The notes: generated by a model from the sequence alone, not told the origin. A DNA stretch of 64,000 nt from Lama guanicoe (GCA_013239625.1 MU054204.1:458879-522878), one strand, 5' to 3'. Shown: positions 13,416 through 27,304, counted from the stretch's first letter. Translations and numbers: made by a program.

Positions 13416-14143
13416 TTCTTTCTTTTTTGTACACAGATATATTTATTACTATAAAATTCAAGAAATATTTTAGACTTTTTTTTTCTCGTAATGGATTTTG
13501 AATTTCAGTGCTTTTAGTCTTTTCCCTCCAGCTTTATTTAGGCATAATTGACAAACTGTAAGATATTTAAAGTGTACAACATGATGATTTTATACACATT
13601 TATTTGTAAATGGGGTCCCTTCATCACTTCACATATTTACTTTTTTTGAAGAGAACATTTAAGTTCCACTCTCTTAGTAAGTTTCGATTATACAATACAG
13701 TGTTATTAACTAGAGTCACCATGTCATACACTAGATCCTCGGACTTTACTCACCTTATAACTGAAGCTTGTACCCTTTTGTCAACCTCCCCTTACTTCCC
13801 CCACTCCTGCCCCCAACCCCTGGCAACCATCATTCTAATCCCTGATTCTATGAGTTCAACTTTTTTTTTATTCCACATATAAGTGATATCATGCAGTATT
13901 GGTCTTTCTTTGTCTGACTTATTTCACTTAGCATAATACCCTCAAGGTCCATCCATGTTGTCACAAATAAAGGATTTCTTTCTTTCTCATGGCTGAATAA
14001 AATTCCATTGGTATATATATATATACCACATTTTCTTTATCCATTCATCCTTTGACTGACATTTAGGTTGTTTTCATATCTTAACTATTGTGAATAATGC
14101 TGCTATGAACATGGAAGTACAGACAGCTCTTCAAGATTTTTTG
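13416..14143 (-). mobile_element. 5'-truncated L1MA-type LINE-1 with about 90 nt of 3'-transduced sequence
   Basis: L1 3' end at about 13520-14140; 17-bp TSD tttata(a/g)aagatcttct at 13399-13415 and 14144-14160; T-tract at 13416-13428. Confidence 0.75.
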
Positions 14144-14619
14144 TTTATAGAAGATCTTCTACAGGAAAGTGAATTAATTCTGTACTTCAAACAACTGACA
14201 TACAAGTGAACTTTGCAACTTAGACCATTTGTAAATTAGCTATGCCACGTTTGTGACTGATACATTTCAGATGAATTTGCAGACAACAAATGCTATTAGA
14301 ATTCAGATGGAAAGAGCCCTTTGTATTAAGAGATTCTGGGAAGGGTTTTACAGAGAAGACAAGAAAGCATCCTATGCAGGTAAAACAGTAGGAGCTGCAG
14401 CATGAAAGCAGGAATTTCCCAGGGTATATTTAAGGGTCATTGCTAGAGTGAATGGCTTGGATGGAAATTGTTGGATGAAGCCAGATTATAGAGCTGTGTG
14501 AAAGTCTATTACAACAAGGAATAAAAGTAGTATATTGAATTTATATGGTCTCCTCTGTTAGTACTCTCAGCCAAATTAAACACAGGGCAATACACAGTTC
14601 TGCATATGTGTGTATGGAA

Positions 14620-15700
14620 ATCATCACCTTCCCTTCCAAATTATGGTCTATCCTTTTCCTATTCTCCTAATCTCAAAGGATAATACCACCATCCACCCAT
14701 CTACACCAGGTAAAAACCTGGGAAATTTTCCTTGACACATTCTATGCCATTCATTCCTACATGCAAGCTATCAGCAAATCCTGTAAGCTCAGCCCCACAA
14801 ACAGATCCTGAATTCACCCACTTCCCTCCTGCCGTATAAGCCTCCATGGCTGCCTGCATAATCCAAGCCACCAACGTCTCTCACCTGACTACTTCAATCT
14901 CCTCCCACATCCAGCCTTGTCACCTTCAACCAATCCACTCCATACTGCAGTCAGACTGAATTTTTCAGAAAGTCAATCTGATTGGGATACATATGTTTGA
15001 AACTACTCAGTGGTTTCCCATTGCTTTGAGAAAACAACATTTCTTAACATGGCCTTTCATGGTTTGCCCCCTACTATATCCCCAACCATACCTCAAAGCA
15101 TCCACCCCCTACACTCTACACTCAGTCACACTGGGCATTCTCTCAGTCCTTCCTCCTTCCCATGTCCCTACTGCCATGACTCTGAACACACAATTCCTTC
15201 ACCTGAAGTGTTCTCCCTTTTCTTCACTCTTTACCTATTGTTCTCCTATTCATTTTTCAGATCTCGGCTCTACAGCCATCCATCCCTCTGAGAAGCCTTA
15301 CTTGATCTGCCAGTCTAAATTAGGCTGTCATGACTATCCTCTCACAGTATGTGGCAGATTTCTTTCCTAGAACTCTTCAACAAGTTGGACCTTTGGTTGA
15401 GGGGAGTGAGAATAGCTCAATGGTAGAAGGCATTCTTACCATGAACAAAGTCCTGGGTTCAATCCCCAGTACCTCCATTAAATGAATGAAATAAAATGAG
15501 CAAATGTTTAAAATTTTTGAAAAAAAAATAAGTTGGACCTTTAGATTTGCCTAAGTCTGTCTCCCTCATTAGACTGTAAGCCCCAGGGGCACAGGGACTA
15601 TACTTGTTTGGCTTTCTATTGGTTCCCTGATGCTTAGCACAGTGAAAAACATACAATGGGTGCTCAGCAGAAATTTGAATCCAAGCTTCTTGATTCAATC
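14620..15700 (+). mobile_element. L2 LINE remnant (interrupted by a SINE)
   Basis: accaccatccacccat..., tagactgtaagccccagggggcacagggac...gcttagcacagtg. Confidence 0.7.
15395..15529 (+). mobile_element. tRNA-derived SINE (camelid vic-1-like)
   Basis: A box tagctcaatggtaga, B box ggttcaatccc, A tail, perfect 13-bp TSD aagttggaccttt (15382-15394 and 15530-15542). Confidence 0.9.
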
Positions 15701-17654
15701 AGCCATACTAGGCTCCTTTCTATTCCACTAACCTATTCCTTGAACACTCCCAGCCAGGAACTTTGGTTCTTGCTCTTCTTCTGCCTGTAAAACTCTTTCT
15801 TCAACTCACTCTCTTACATTATTCAGATCTATACTCAAATGTCTCTTCTTTTAGCAAATATCCATAGTGTGAACCCCTCCAAAAGTGATGCTATAGGTGA
15901 TGGTGAGGATTATTAACCCAGCCTCAGTGGAATATAAGCTTCATAACAGCAGGAATTTTGACTTTTTTTTCACTGCTATATCCCCAATTCCTAGAATAGC
16001 ACCTGAAATACAGTTGGTACTCAAGAAATATTTGCTGGAAAAAAATGGATTATTCCAGGCACCTAATCAAAACTGTCCAGATTATGAACTAAGACAATTT
16101 GGAAGACTACTGAAAAATGAAGATCATTGGAAAATTATTGGGTAGCCATTGGAAACAATTTGTGTGAGGAGATGTTGGAAGATTTGCCAGTTCTTGGAGA
16201 TTCTCTTGAACTTGGATTCTCTTAATGAGGAACACATCTTGAGGTTTCTCAGAGAGTCAAGTTTGGGTATGAAGGATTTCTCAGCTTATATTCTTTTCTT
16301 CGCAGAATTACCTAACATTGACTTGAAAGTTGTTCTCATAAGGATTAGTCTGATCTTCATAACTAACATACAGTGTAAACGCCTTGAGGCAACTGACTGT
16401 TTCCCTCTTGTCTCTAGGAGAGACTCAATGGTTGCCAAAACACGTGGAATGAGCCCCATTTAGGGAGATCTTCTGAAGCATCCTCTTTGCATCTGCTTGG
16501 ACCAGTGCTCCCCTATCCCTTTTCTCCCATTTTTCCAGAAATACTGGAAGTCATGGAGAGGGATAATGGAACTGTAATTATTGCTACAGAAATAATCTGA
16601 GTGTTCTCAGATGAATAAGAATACTGGTTTCTTCATATATGGTCAAATGAGTATTAGGGGAATATAATAGAGATGTATTAACTCAGTATAGTTAAAAGAA
16701 CTATAGCTTCTGCTCAATGGATCCAAATGATAATAGACTTCATAACTAAAATCGCTTGCTGGAAACAAATGATCAAACCTATCCACAACTCTACAGCAAG
16801 TTTCATAATTCTTATCACTAAGAGAGGGGACTGTAGCATTCAGCTAATTAATGTCATGGGGCCCTGAGTATGGTTTAAACATCAGAGATGAAATACAAAA
16901 TGAGCTAAAAGTTTTCAACTTTCCTGAGGTTACTTGTTAACAAATGTAAGATTTTCTTTGTTTGTTTGCTCTTCCGTAGGTTGTGTGTCCTTTCAAACTC
17001 CTTAAACAGAATATAACAGAATAATAACTATGGAATGAAAATAGCCAAACTTTCAGGTTCTTGGGTGAATATGACCTCAAACTATCCCCCAACTATTCTT
17101 CCTAACTATTTCAACAACAAGAGGAAAGGCAGTGGATGTCTTTTCCTTTATTCTTGTAAAGACAAGACATCAACTAAGCATCGCCAGGCTGTCTTTACAA
17201 AGCTGACAAGCATTTACACTAGGGAAAGAACCAAACACCACAATATATGCCATTCAAAGCCTTCAACTTACCAGACCTATTTACAATGGCCCTAATGTAT
17301 GAGTATGAAAAAGGGCCAGGCAGGGTCCTGTCTTGGTGCTGTGAATCAATTCTTGGTAGCTTCTAATCTCCTGTAGAGATGACCCCCTCCCACATGCTAG
17401 TCACCTATAAGCCTATTCTGACACGTGAGACACATATTAAAATGCCCCCACATACATGGACAAGGGAATGTCAGACATGTAATCAGGAAAGAGAAATGGC
17501 CTATGAAACCAGAACAATCATATAGAACAAGAATCTAACTTTGTCATCTTTCATAACTGTTTTTGTTTTGCTTTGTTTTTTCAAAGGTATCCCTAAAGCC
17601 CAATCCCTCTGTTATTAACTATTCTGTTTTATGGCTCAATTAGCAGTATGGCAT

Positions 17655-17880
17655 CAGCCTGCTTCAATTCAAATCTCAGTTCTGCTTTGTGAGCCTTGGG
17701 CAAATGAATTAATTCTCTGTGTCTCTGTTTCCTATTCTGTAAAATGGGAAGACCAACAGTACCTACCTCCTACAGTTTCTGTGACAACAAATATGTTTGT
17801 AAAGGACTTAATACAGTGCCTAGCTCATAGGACTTTGATGTTCAATAAAGGGCGATGTTCAACAAAGGATAGCTATTATT
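17655..17880 (+). mobile_element. MIR SINE
   Basis: ccttgggcaaatgaattaattctctgtgtctctgtttcctattctgtaaaatggg...acagtgcctagc. Confidence 0.8.
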
Positions 17881-18039
17881 TTTATTTAGCTCAGGGGTAG
17901 AGTAACTAGTCAGTTGTATCAGCCAAGACAAACTATGCCTAAACTCAAGATCAGACAACCATAATTTGTAAGCTTCTTTCTTGCAGTACACTGGCATCTT
18001 GCTTTCTTTCTGTTTAGCTTTCACATTTAAAAAAAAAAA

Positions 18040-18370
18040 GGCTTGAGTTCAACTTGTGTCTCTGCCACTTATTATCTGCGTTATTCGTTAAGTTATTAAA
18101 CTCTCTGTCTCCATTTCTTCGCTTACAAAAAGACTATATTAAAAGCACCTTCATGATAAGGTCATTGTGAAAATTAAATACGTTATTTTTCATAAAATCC
18201 TTAAAACAATGCCTTCTAGAAAGGCTGAGTGGGACAGAGGAAAGACTGAAGAAAGCCAGGGAACGTGAATTTTTAAAACGAGGAAACTGGAATACAAAGA
18301 GATTAAGTAACTTGTCTAAAAAGCTCACAGCTAGAAGTGGTGAATCCAGGATTTGAGCATAGTCCAAATG
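18040..18370. mobile_element. Two MIR fragments in opposite orientations
   Basis: ctctgccacttattatctg... (+) and gaggaaactgg...aagtaacttgtct...agtggtga (-). Confidence 0.55.
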
Positions 18371-18669
18371 TACTTTTTTCCTAGAGTTTTTTTTTCCCTT
18401 CCCTTATTGCCTAATTCTCCCTTGTGTGAACTGCCTTCTTCAGAGTTGTATATCCACTGGTCCTCCAATATACCCAACCTGCCTTGGTACACACTGTATA
18501 CCTTGCTTGAAATGGCCTTTCTCCTTTCTTAACACCTCTCTTAATCAGGATCTAAATGAAATTCCACCTTGCAAAATGGAGCTGTGGTGACTTCATCTCC
18601 ATCCACACTAATCTCTTTGCCTCTCCACTGTGGAATTCTCAGTGTCTCCATCAAACCCCTGACATTACT

Positions 18670-18900
18670 ATTAGTAACTAACACTTACTGAGTGCCTAGT
18701 ATGTGCCCAGGTATCAGGCTAAGCAGTTAAATGCATGATCTCATTGACTCCTTCCAAGAAGTCAAGAGCTAAGTACTTTGATTAGCAGCCTTATTTTACA
18801 AATGAGGAAACTGAGGCTCAGCCAGGCTGTTATTGGTTCATGGCTAGTAAGTGGAGGAGACAGAGTTCCCATCTAGGCCCTGTGATCCCTAAGACCACAC
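18670..18900 (-). mobile_element. MIR SINE
   Basis: attttacaaatgaggaaactgaggctcag. Confidence 0.75.
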
Positions 18901-19656
18901 TCCTCCCCACAACATTCCCAGGGCTGGTGTCCTTAGACTTCTCTTCACACGTTTCTCTCAGTTCCCCAGCTTGATTCTGAGCTAATTGAGGGGAACAACA
19001 GCATCTTATTTGTCTTTATAGTTTCAGTGTGCCTAGTAGCATACTGCTTGGCAAGGAATAGGTATCATAAATATCTATTTAATAAGAATTGGCTTCCAAC
19101 TTAATCCACAATTTCACCTTGAAAATCAAACAGAAACAAACATGAATCATGTTTATGGATGAAATTAGGCAAGGGAGTGTGGCCTGATCATCAATTCCAT
19201 TAGTCATTAGTGGCAGGGTGATGTCTGCGTATTCTGGAACCTGAGATAAGCTTCTTTGTGTCTTTCCCTCTTTATTTCATCACTCACTCATTCAACAAAC
19301 TGGAATAGAGGTAAAAGCATGCATAGGGTGCTGTGGGAGCACAGAGGAAATAACTGACTGGGGGAGGAGCAGGTGGAGTGGGCAAGGGGAGGGTGTTGGG
19401 AAAGGTTTCTCAGAGACGGTGGCATAGCCCCATTCAGCAGCCACTGCAGTGCCATTTCAATAAGTGGATGCATAATAAATGGCAGTAATAATACCATTAC
19501 CTAAATAAATAATGGAAATGGAATAGAGTTGGCAGAGATCACTTGATTTTAGAATTCTTAGTGAAAGCAAGTTAGGGGAAGGATCTGGAGGCTTATGGGC
19601 ATGGGATTTGCCAAGGCTTTAAAGCCTCGGTTCTTTGTAAGAAATAAAATGTGGGG

Positions 19657-19982
19657 CAAAAGACACAAATGAACTTATTTACAAAACAGAAACACAGTCA
19701 CAGTCACAGAGAACAAACTTATGGTTACCAGAGGGGAAGGGGGTGGGAAGGGATAATTTGGGAGTTTGGAATTTGCAGATATTAACTGATACATATAAAA
19801 TAGATAAACAACAAGTTACTACTGTATAGCACAGGGAACTATAGTCAATATCTTGTAGTAACCTATAATGAAAAAGAATATGAAAAGGAATATATGTATG
19901 TATATATATGACTGAAACATGATGCTGTACACCAGAAATTGACACAACATTGTAAATTGACTATACTTCAATTTTAAAAAAG
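19657..19982 (+). mobile_element. Cetartiodactyl-type L1 3' UTR fragment
   Basis: acaaatgaacttatttacaaaacagaaac...ctgtatagcacagggaac...gctgtacaccagaaattgacacaacattgtaa. Confidence 0.85.
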
Positions 19983-20244
19983 ATAGGGGAATAAAAAATG
20001 AATCCCCAGGTACTGAAGGCCTCTTAAGTGACAGATATTTGATGTATATGATATCATTTAGTCCCCAAAAGAAGCATAAGAGATGAGTTTTCCTCCTATT
20101 TTATAGTAATAACACTGAAGACCGAAAAGTGAGGTGATTTATAAATGGTGAAGATCAGTTTCACTTCAGCTTTAGTGCTCTTCCATGAATACTGGTAGCA
20201 AACTCTCATATAGACCTTATGAATTACAAAGCATGTTTTTTAGC

Positions 20245-20420
20245 TTATTATACTGATTAAGTCATTTAATCCTCTCAACATCCTCAGTGAGGTAGGTACT
20301 AATATTACCATATTATTTTACAGATAATGAAATTGAAACAAGGAAATGAAGAAATTTGCTCTAGATTATACAGCAACAAGTGATGGAGCCAGAATTCAAA
20401 TAGAAGTCACCTGTCTCTTA
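20245..20420 (-). mobile_element. MIR SINE
   Basis: atttaatcctctcaaca...gaggtaggtactaatatt...tttacagataatgaaattga. Confidence 0.7.
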
Positions 20421-20515
20421 AACCAGGCATACAAGGATGCTTTTGGTAGGTAGTTAGATGAGTAGGGGCACTCAGCAGATAAGGTGGAGGAGAGGGAGGA
20501 TGGTCCAGAAGATGG

Positions 20516-20990
20516 TGTTATGACCACGTCCAGCATAAAGGGTCTTTACTTCCTCTAAGTGAATGCCAGCAAGAAACCAGTTAGAACCTGACAGCTGCAA
20601 CTGCCCGCTAGTGACAAGGACCTATCTGGACATGACCCAATGCTCATTGTAATATAATTAGTATTGTGGTTTAGGCACCCCCATGGGCTTTTCTGTGTGC
20701 ATCATGGGTAAGGACATGCACAAAGGGGACAAACATGACTAAGCCTAAGGGCAAGAGCCGTCAGTCAATCAAAAGAGCACCTCTAAGCGAGGGCATAAGA
20801 GAAAGGGCAGAGAAAGATCATTGCTGTCTGCCCTTGGATCAGCCCACCTCCCATTCTTGGAGGTATACTTTCCCTTTGCTAACTAAATTCTTTAAAATCC
20901 TTCGCTATACAATGTTCCATCTCCCGTCTGAATTCTTATCTTTCCAGTAAGACAAGAACTGGGGTCTTTTTCCTTATCTTTTTGGGGTAT
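20516..20990 (+). mobile_element. Probable ERV (class I-like) solo LTR
   Basis: Starts TGTTA, locally higher GC/CpG, U5-like end ctgaattcttatc...agacaagaac; 3' boundary and TSD not resolved. Confidence 0.5.
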
Positions 20991-23629
20991 CACATTACCT
21001 AAGTCACACCTAGTTAGCTAGAAGGAGACATATGCCCTTCAAATTGTACCTGGCCATTAGCATAGATTCTTCCTGTAGAGATGATTGACTGGAGTGGATA
21101 TAGCAGAGAGTAGGGAAAGAGATCCAGAGTCAGCAGGGGAAATCAGTACTTCTTACTACCTCTTTTCTTCCCCTTCTTTACCCCGAGGTCAGAGAGGTGG
21201 GCGTGTGGCCACCTGGGGGATAGAGGTCATAAACCACTCCCTCACTCCTGTCACTGAATCTAACAAGTGTCTTTTGAGAGATACTCCATGACTAACTCCT
21301 CAACCTCATCCTAGAGAAATGCACAATGACTGGTGCAAGAGCCTTAAATTTCACGTCAGTTTGCTTGTTTACTGCCCAGGATGTACCATGCCAAAGAGAA
21401 ATGTCAGAGTTAACTTAAGGAAGTTTGAGGGGAAGCATAATATTTTCTAGTTCTGAACCACAGGGACCCAAGGTAAAGAGTGAAAGAATGTTCTAGACCA
21501 AAGTAAGCCCCATGAGAACTCACTGTCCTTACAGCAATGAGCCTGTTGATTTGTCCTGAGATGGGTTGTCAAAATTAATGTCACCCTTCCTCAGTATCCA
21601 ACTTACCTTTCACTTCTATTGCCTTGTTTTTTGACAAAGCAGCTGACTCTACGTCATCAACATTTGTCATGGCACTTTGGTGAATGCATTTTGGTGATGT
21701 TAGTTGGTTTTAATAGATAGCCAAATAGAGTAGACAAGAGGTTGGTCCAGACTGTGCCGCCTAAAGGCACTTCCATCTGATATGCCAATCCCTCTCTGCA
21801 TGCCATTCAGTGATATTCAACTCAGGCTCCCCCACATATTCGGAATTGAGTTTATCATGCCAGAGAGCCCCAACTAAGCTGACTGGGACATCCCTGCTTA
21901 CAGAAAGGCATACCCTAATTGAAATGGGCACTCCCCAAGCCTATCATGAATAAGAAATGAAGCACATACTTGATTTCCTTCCCCCCTCACAAGTTTCCAA
22001 TCTGTGAGGCAGTACAGAGAGTGGTTTGTAACAAGCCAGAGAATTACCATTCTAAGTGTTTTCTGCAGCTTGACTTTATTACACCTTTAATTAAATCAAT
22101 GTTGTGGCACCCACCCCCGGAAGAGGTGATGAATGGAGGTTAGCTCAGAGGATTTCTGAGGAAATAAAGAGCTTCTCCAACCTGTAGGCAGAGAAAACTG
22201 TTGGCTGAAACCAAGCCTGCAGCAACCATCCAACCGTCATGGGAAAAGAAAGAGGGAGGGGGAGGGGAGAGAGCTAAGAGGCGCACAGGGAAGGGTGAAA
22301 GTGAGTGGAACACTGGAAAGCTAAGACCAGAGAGAAGGTGAAGGATGCAACAGCTGCTGATCAAGCCCCAGAGCACAGAGCCAAGATATTTGGAAGGTTT
22401 TTTTTTCCCTCTCTGGGAAATAACCAGATCAGTGAGTATATTAAGAACATCATTGAGTAGAACTGTGGCTACAGCTGCTGGAGCTATGGATCGGGGAAGG
22501 CAAAAGACTAGCTCCTGGGTGAGAATTACTTGAGGGGGTCGGAGGTGGAGGAGAATAGAGCATAGAGGATAAAAAGGCAATGATCTATAAAAGTAGGGGA
22601 AAAAACATTAAAGGTGGGATTCAGATGTTGACATTCTCTTTGCTGTTCAGTGTCAGAGTCCCTTGGGAGAAGGAAGAATTGCACAAGCCTCAAGGTGAAA
22701 GAAAGACACGTGCAGAACCACTGAGGGGAAGAGAAAACATCAGTAAGCCATTCAAATGATGATTTGTTGTCAAGATTAGATACCTAGTGATATAAGTAAA
22801 TATTCACACAGAGACTGTGTGGTGGGAACATTAATAATTCATACATTGGGATGCTTCCTAGGGATCTATTTGCTACGATTCAAATCTGAGGCATGACAGA
22901 ATTTGATGTAGCTTGGAGGCCCCAGGGACAGCTGCCTATTGTGGGGTTAGAAATAAAGCTACAAAGGAGAGAATCAGATAAATTTTAGAACTAAGGAATC
23001 AGCTAATTGAATCTTCCCCTTGACAGATAAAGACACTGCGGCTCAGAAAGGAAAGGCATTTGCTTAGTGAATTACTGTAGGATCTGAGCTTTCAGGCCAG
23101 GAACCAGTGCTCATCCCCATACAATGGGTCACTGGTGCCATCTGTGTGGGCCTGGAATTGAGAAGACTTGGGACAAAGTGACACTAGGACCAAATGTAAT
23201 CTCCTACCCCACCCCCACCTCCAGGATCCTGAAATGGGTGATAAATAAAAAAGAAAAATGCCTGTAAGAAAAGTTGGGCCATTATAGCAAGAGAGAAATG
23301 GGCTTTTCATCTCATTATCTGAATTAATTAAATAGAAATAGTATCAAATAACATGCAGTCAAAATGACACTCAAGCATCACCTATACATTGAAAAGTATT
23401 TTTTGAGATGCTTCTATGTATTCCATACTATGTGAGGCTGTGAGAGATGGAGGTGAGGCATGATACTTAATTTTCTCTCTCAAAGAAGATCTTTGTGTGG
23501 AAAACAGCTCCAGCAAATGAATTTGGCTACCAAAGGCCAGGGTTGTCCAGATCAGTACTCATTTAAATATTCAGCTCTGTGATCCCCTTTGCAAAACAAC
23601 ATCTCAAACCACTGGGTTGAGAAATTTTG

Positions 23630-24020
23630 GTCACTCGGTCATTCAACATATAATTATTGGGTGTCTGCTGTGTGGCAAGCACTGTACAGGGTGCTAGGGA
23701 TACAATGATGAATAAGATAAAGTCTCTGGCTTCATGGAGCTCATAGTCTGGTGTGAGACACAGACATGTAAACACACAATTACACTCAAGGGATAAGGGT
23801 TATCTTGGAGTGAAATAGCACAAGAGGAACAGAGAGGAGAGGACACTTTTATGATTCCTGGAGGCTGAAAAGACTTCTGAGAGGCGGTGATGGCCAAGGC
23901 AAGGGCTGAAGGACAAGCGGGAATTAACAAGGCAAAAAAGACACTGAGGAAGGGGATGGAAGGATATTCCTGGTGAAGGAAATAGCACATTCAAATTCCC
24001 CAAGGCAAGAAAGCCAAACA
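23630..24020 (-). mobile_element. L2 3' end
   Basis: tcattcaacatataattattgggtgtctgctgtgtggcaagcactgt...gctagggatacaatgatgaataag. Confidence 0.75.
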
Positions 24021-24605
24021 CAGAAATGACTTCAGATCAACTAAGTATCAAATGGTACATTGAAAAATATTAAGTATATTCAGTCAGAAACTGGGAAACT
24101 AAGGGTTTTTTTGCAGGGTTAGGGTAAGTGGGAATGAAAATCCAAAATACTGGACATTGGCAAATATAATTTTGACTTTCAAAAAAATGGAAAAAAAAGG
24201 GTTCTGCACACTATTGGCCAGCATGTTTGATGTTAACCCCAGTCTCTATTTCTAAATGTATTGTTGATGGATTAGTTTAAAACATACTTTTTAAAAAGAG
24301 AAAGAAACAAAGCAAAGTTCAAGAAGTGTTAGCCACGGCAGGCTAACTTCATTTTGCCTGTTTATGGCATTATTAACTCGGAGAAATGCTACAAACAGGG
24401 CATATCTGTGTGCCAGAAAGTCTCTTCTCTTCTGATATCTTTTTCAACAATTGGAGAAATAAGATGATAGTAGAATTGGATGATTCCCAACTGGGTGAAT
24501 GAACATCCCCAAACATGCAAATGACAAGATGTCAGATATGATGGAAAACAGAATAAGGGGGCACAAAACTCTTCCTTCTCAACCAGGCCATAAGTACTCC
24601 ATAAC

Positions 24606-24712
24606 TAGAATGACCATCTAATTTATCATCCACACTGGAATATTTTGAGAGTGACAGGGGTCATTTTTAAGAATTATGTCAGTGAAATATGCATCATCCA
24701 GGACTGTAACAA
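24606..24712. mobile_element. Possible hAT-type MITE fragment (MER96/MER53-like)
   Basis: tgaccatctaatttatcatccacactggaatattttgagagtgacagggg resembles recalled hAT MITE termini. Confidence 0.4.
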
Positions 24713-24959
24713 TTTATCTAATGAATGAATGAACAAATGCATAAATGAATCTCAACTAAGAACACCACTCCTCCTCAAGTCCTTTTGAGGTGTGCCACAG
24801 TCAGAAGACAGTATCAGGTATCTTTCTAAATCTCCACTGCTGCTGGGTAATTCCAAAGAATTACCCTTCATGTAAAAAGCCTCCTTTTTTAAAGGTTCTT
24901 ATTTTCGGCAGGAGGTCAAGACCATGTAAAAAACTTCTGGTCATTTTTCCACATTTATT

Positions 24960-25922
24960 GAAAACTTTGGAACCTACCCCTAATCGCTCCCTCTCTCACA
25001 CAAGGCTCACTGTCATCCTCATGGGACTTCAATGGTCACTAAACCATCCAAACATTTTTTTCTCTTTAGTCCTGGTGACCTTCTCTATTCTGCTTTGATT
25101 GTAACCACACCCTAGACCTTGTTGGCACTTGGAAATGGCATTTCAGAAACTTTGAACTTGAATATCCTATTAGCTGACCATGCCCTCCTATCCTTCTAAC
25201 TCTCTCACATCCTAACTCCTAGAATATCAATTCTTCATTCTCATTGAGACTTTAAGTTACTTTCTTTAACCAGTATAGAACCCTTGAGCAATACATTACC
25301 TCTTTACTCTTCTCTCTCTGCTACTCCCTTCCCATCTTGTCCCTCCATGGCACCCTGACAACCAAACTCTTACATGGGTCACCTGCCCTTTCTTCAACTA
25401 TCCTAGGCTGAGTATGACTGAAGAAAAATCACACAAGTATGTGGATTACTGTCGCTCTACAATCTTGATCTCGGACATCTGCTTGATTTTCAAATGACTA
25501 GAAAATCTTCCTATGTGACCCTAATCAGACTCCTTTTCCAATACCTTCAGTGGCTATTTGAAATTTTCACCAAATACATCAAATCCCCTACCCACCATAT
25601 TTCCCAATACATTCAGTAGATGACCTCGGCTCCTATTTTACTAAGAAAGCAGAGGTCATCAAGACAGAGACTCTCTCAACTTTATTCTTCTACCTAGAAA
25701 CTTACATTCACCTGCAACTACCCTAACCTGATCCCTCATGCCTCAGAGGAAAAGACGTGTCTCCTTCTAGCCAAGGCTTATTTCTCCATCTGTGCTCCTG
25801 ATCTCATACTCTGTTTCCTCGAGAATCTTGTTGCATTATCTTTTCTCTCTTGTCTGCTTTCAACAGCTCCCTTTCTCCTGAAATGGCTCTCTTAAAGGTC
25901 TCCAATGACTACTTGGACACAG
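24960..25922 (+). mobile_element. L2 LINE remnant (ORF region)
   Basis: cacaccctagaccttgtt, gatgacctcggctcctattttactaagaaa, gctctcttaaaggtctccaatgac. Confidence 0.65.
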
Positions 25923-26891
25923 TCACTTTTTTCAAAATTTGTTTTACTTATTTTGAAATAATTACAGATTCACAGAAAATTGCAATGATAGTACAGAGTG
26001 GCCCCACGTACCCTTCACCTAGTTTCCTCCAATGATTACTTCTTAATTATGGTACAATATCAAAATAGGAAATTGATATTGGTACAGTGTGTGTGGATAG
26101 CTTAATGTCATTTTATCATATGTGTGGATTCCTGCAATTACCACCATAATCAAGATATTGAACTATATCATCACCATAAGAATTTTCATCATGCTGCCTC
26201 TTTACAGTTCAATCACCCCCTTACCCTTATTATCCCTAGCTCCTGGTAACCATGAAACTGTTTTCCATGTGTATAATTTTGTGATTTTGAGTCTGTTATA
26301 TGAATGGAATCACACAATATGTGACTTTTTGATAGTGGATTTTTTTCACTCAGAATAATTCCTGAAATCCATCCAAGGTGTTGCATGTATCAATTGTTCT
26401 TTTTCATTGCTGAATAGTATTCCATGATAAAAAAAATATACCACAGTTTACCCATTCACCTGTGTAGGACATGGTGGTTATTCCCAATTTGGGGCTATAA
26501 AAAACAAAGATTTTTTAAAAAACTATTCTAGAGTCTGTTTATTTTCATATACATTTTATAATAAATTTGTCTAATGTCTACAAACAATCTTGCTAGGATT
26601 TTGATAGGAATTGCATTAAACCTATATAACGCTTTGGGAAGAACTGTCATCCTTACCAATATTGAATCTTCCAATCCATGAACATGAATCCATATCTCCA
26701 TTTATTTAAGCCTTTTTTTTACTTCTTTCATTAGCATTATGTAATTTCAACATACAAATCTTATACATGTTTTGTTAGATTTATACCTAAGTGTTTAATT
26801 TTCATTTTTTGAGTGATATTGTAAATGATATTACATTTTACATTTGTTTCTATGTCTTCATTGCTAGTATATAGAAATTAATTTGACTTTT

Positions 26892-27040
26892 TAAAATTCC
26901 TTTTTTTAACCTTTTTTGGGGGGGGGTAATTAGGTTTGTTTTTTTTTTTTTACTATTTAATGGAGGTACTAGGTACTGAACCCAGGACCTCATGCATGCT
27001 AAGCATGCTCTTTACCACTGAGCTATACCCACACCCACTA
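26892..27040 (-). mobile_element. tRNA-derived SINE (camelid vic-1-like)
   Basis: gaacccaggacctcatgcatgctaagcatg...accactgagctataccc; TSD aa(t/c)ttgactttt at 26880-26891 and 27041-27052. Confidence 0.9.
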
Positions 27041-27304
27041 AACTTGACTTTTGTAGTTGATCTCATATCCTGCAACTTTGCTGAACTTACTCATTAGTTA
27101 CAGGAGTTTTTGTAGCTTCCTGGGGATTTGATACACAGACAATCATGTCCTCTGCAAATAGGGACAGTTTTATTTTTTTCCTTTCTATCTGTGTGCTTTT
27201 TATTTCCTTATTGAACTGCTTAGAACTTACAATGCTGTGTTGAATGGCAATGGTGAGAACAGATATCCTTGCCCTGTTTTAGATCTTAGGAGAACATTCA
27301 ATCT

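Noticed and set aside
16149..16463. Coding-looking 104-aa ORF in unique DNA
   Set aside because: No recognisable homology or splice context; the minus-strand frames I translated across its core contain stops
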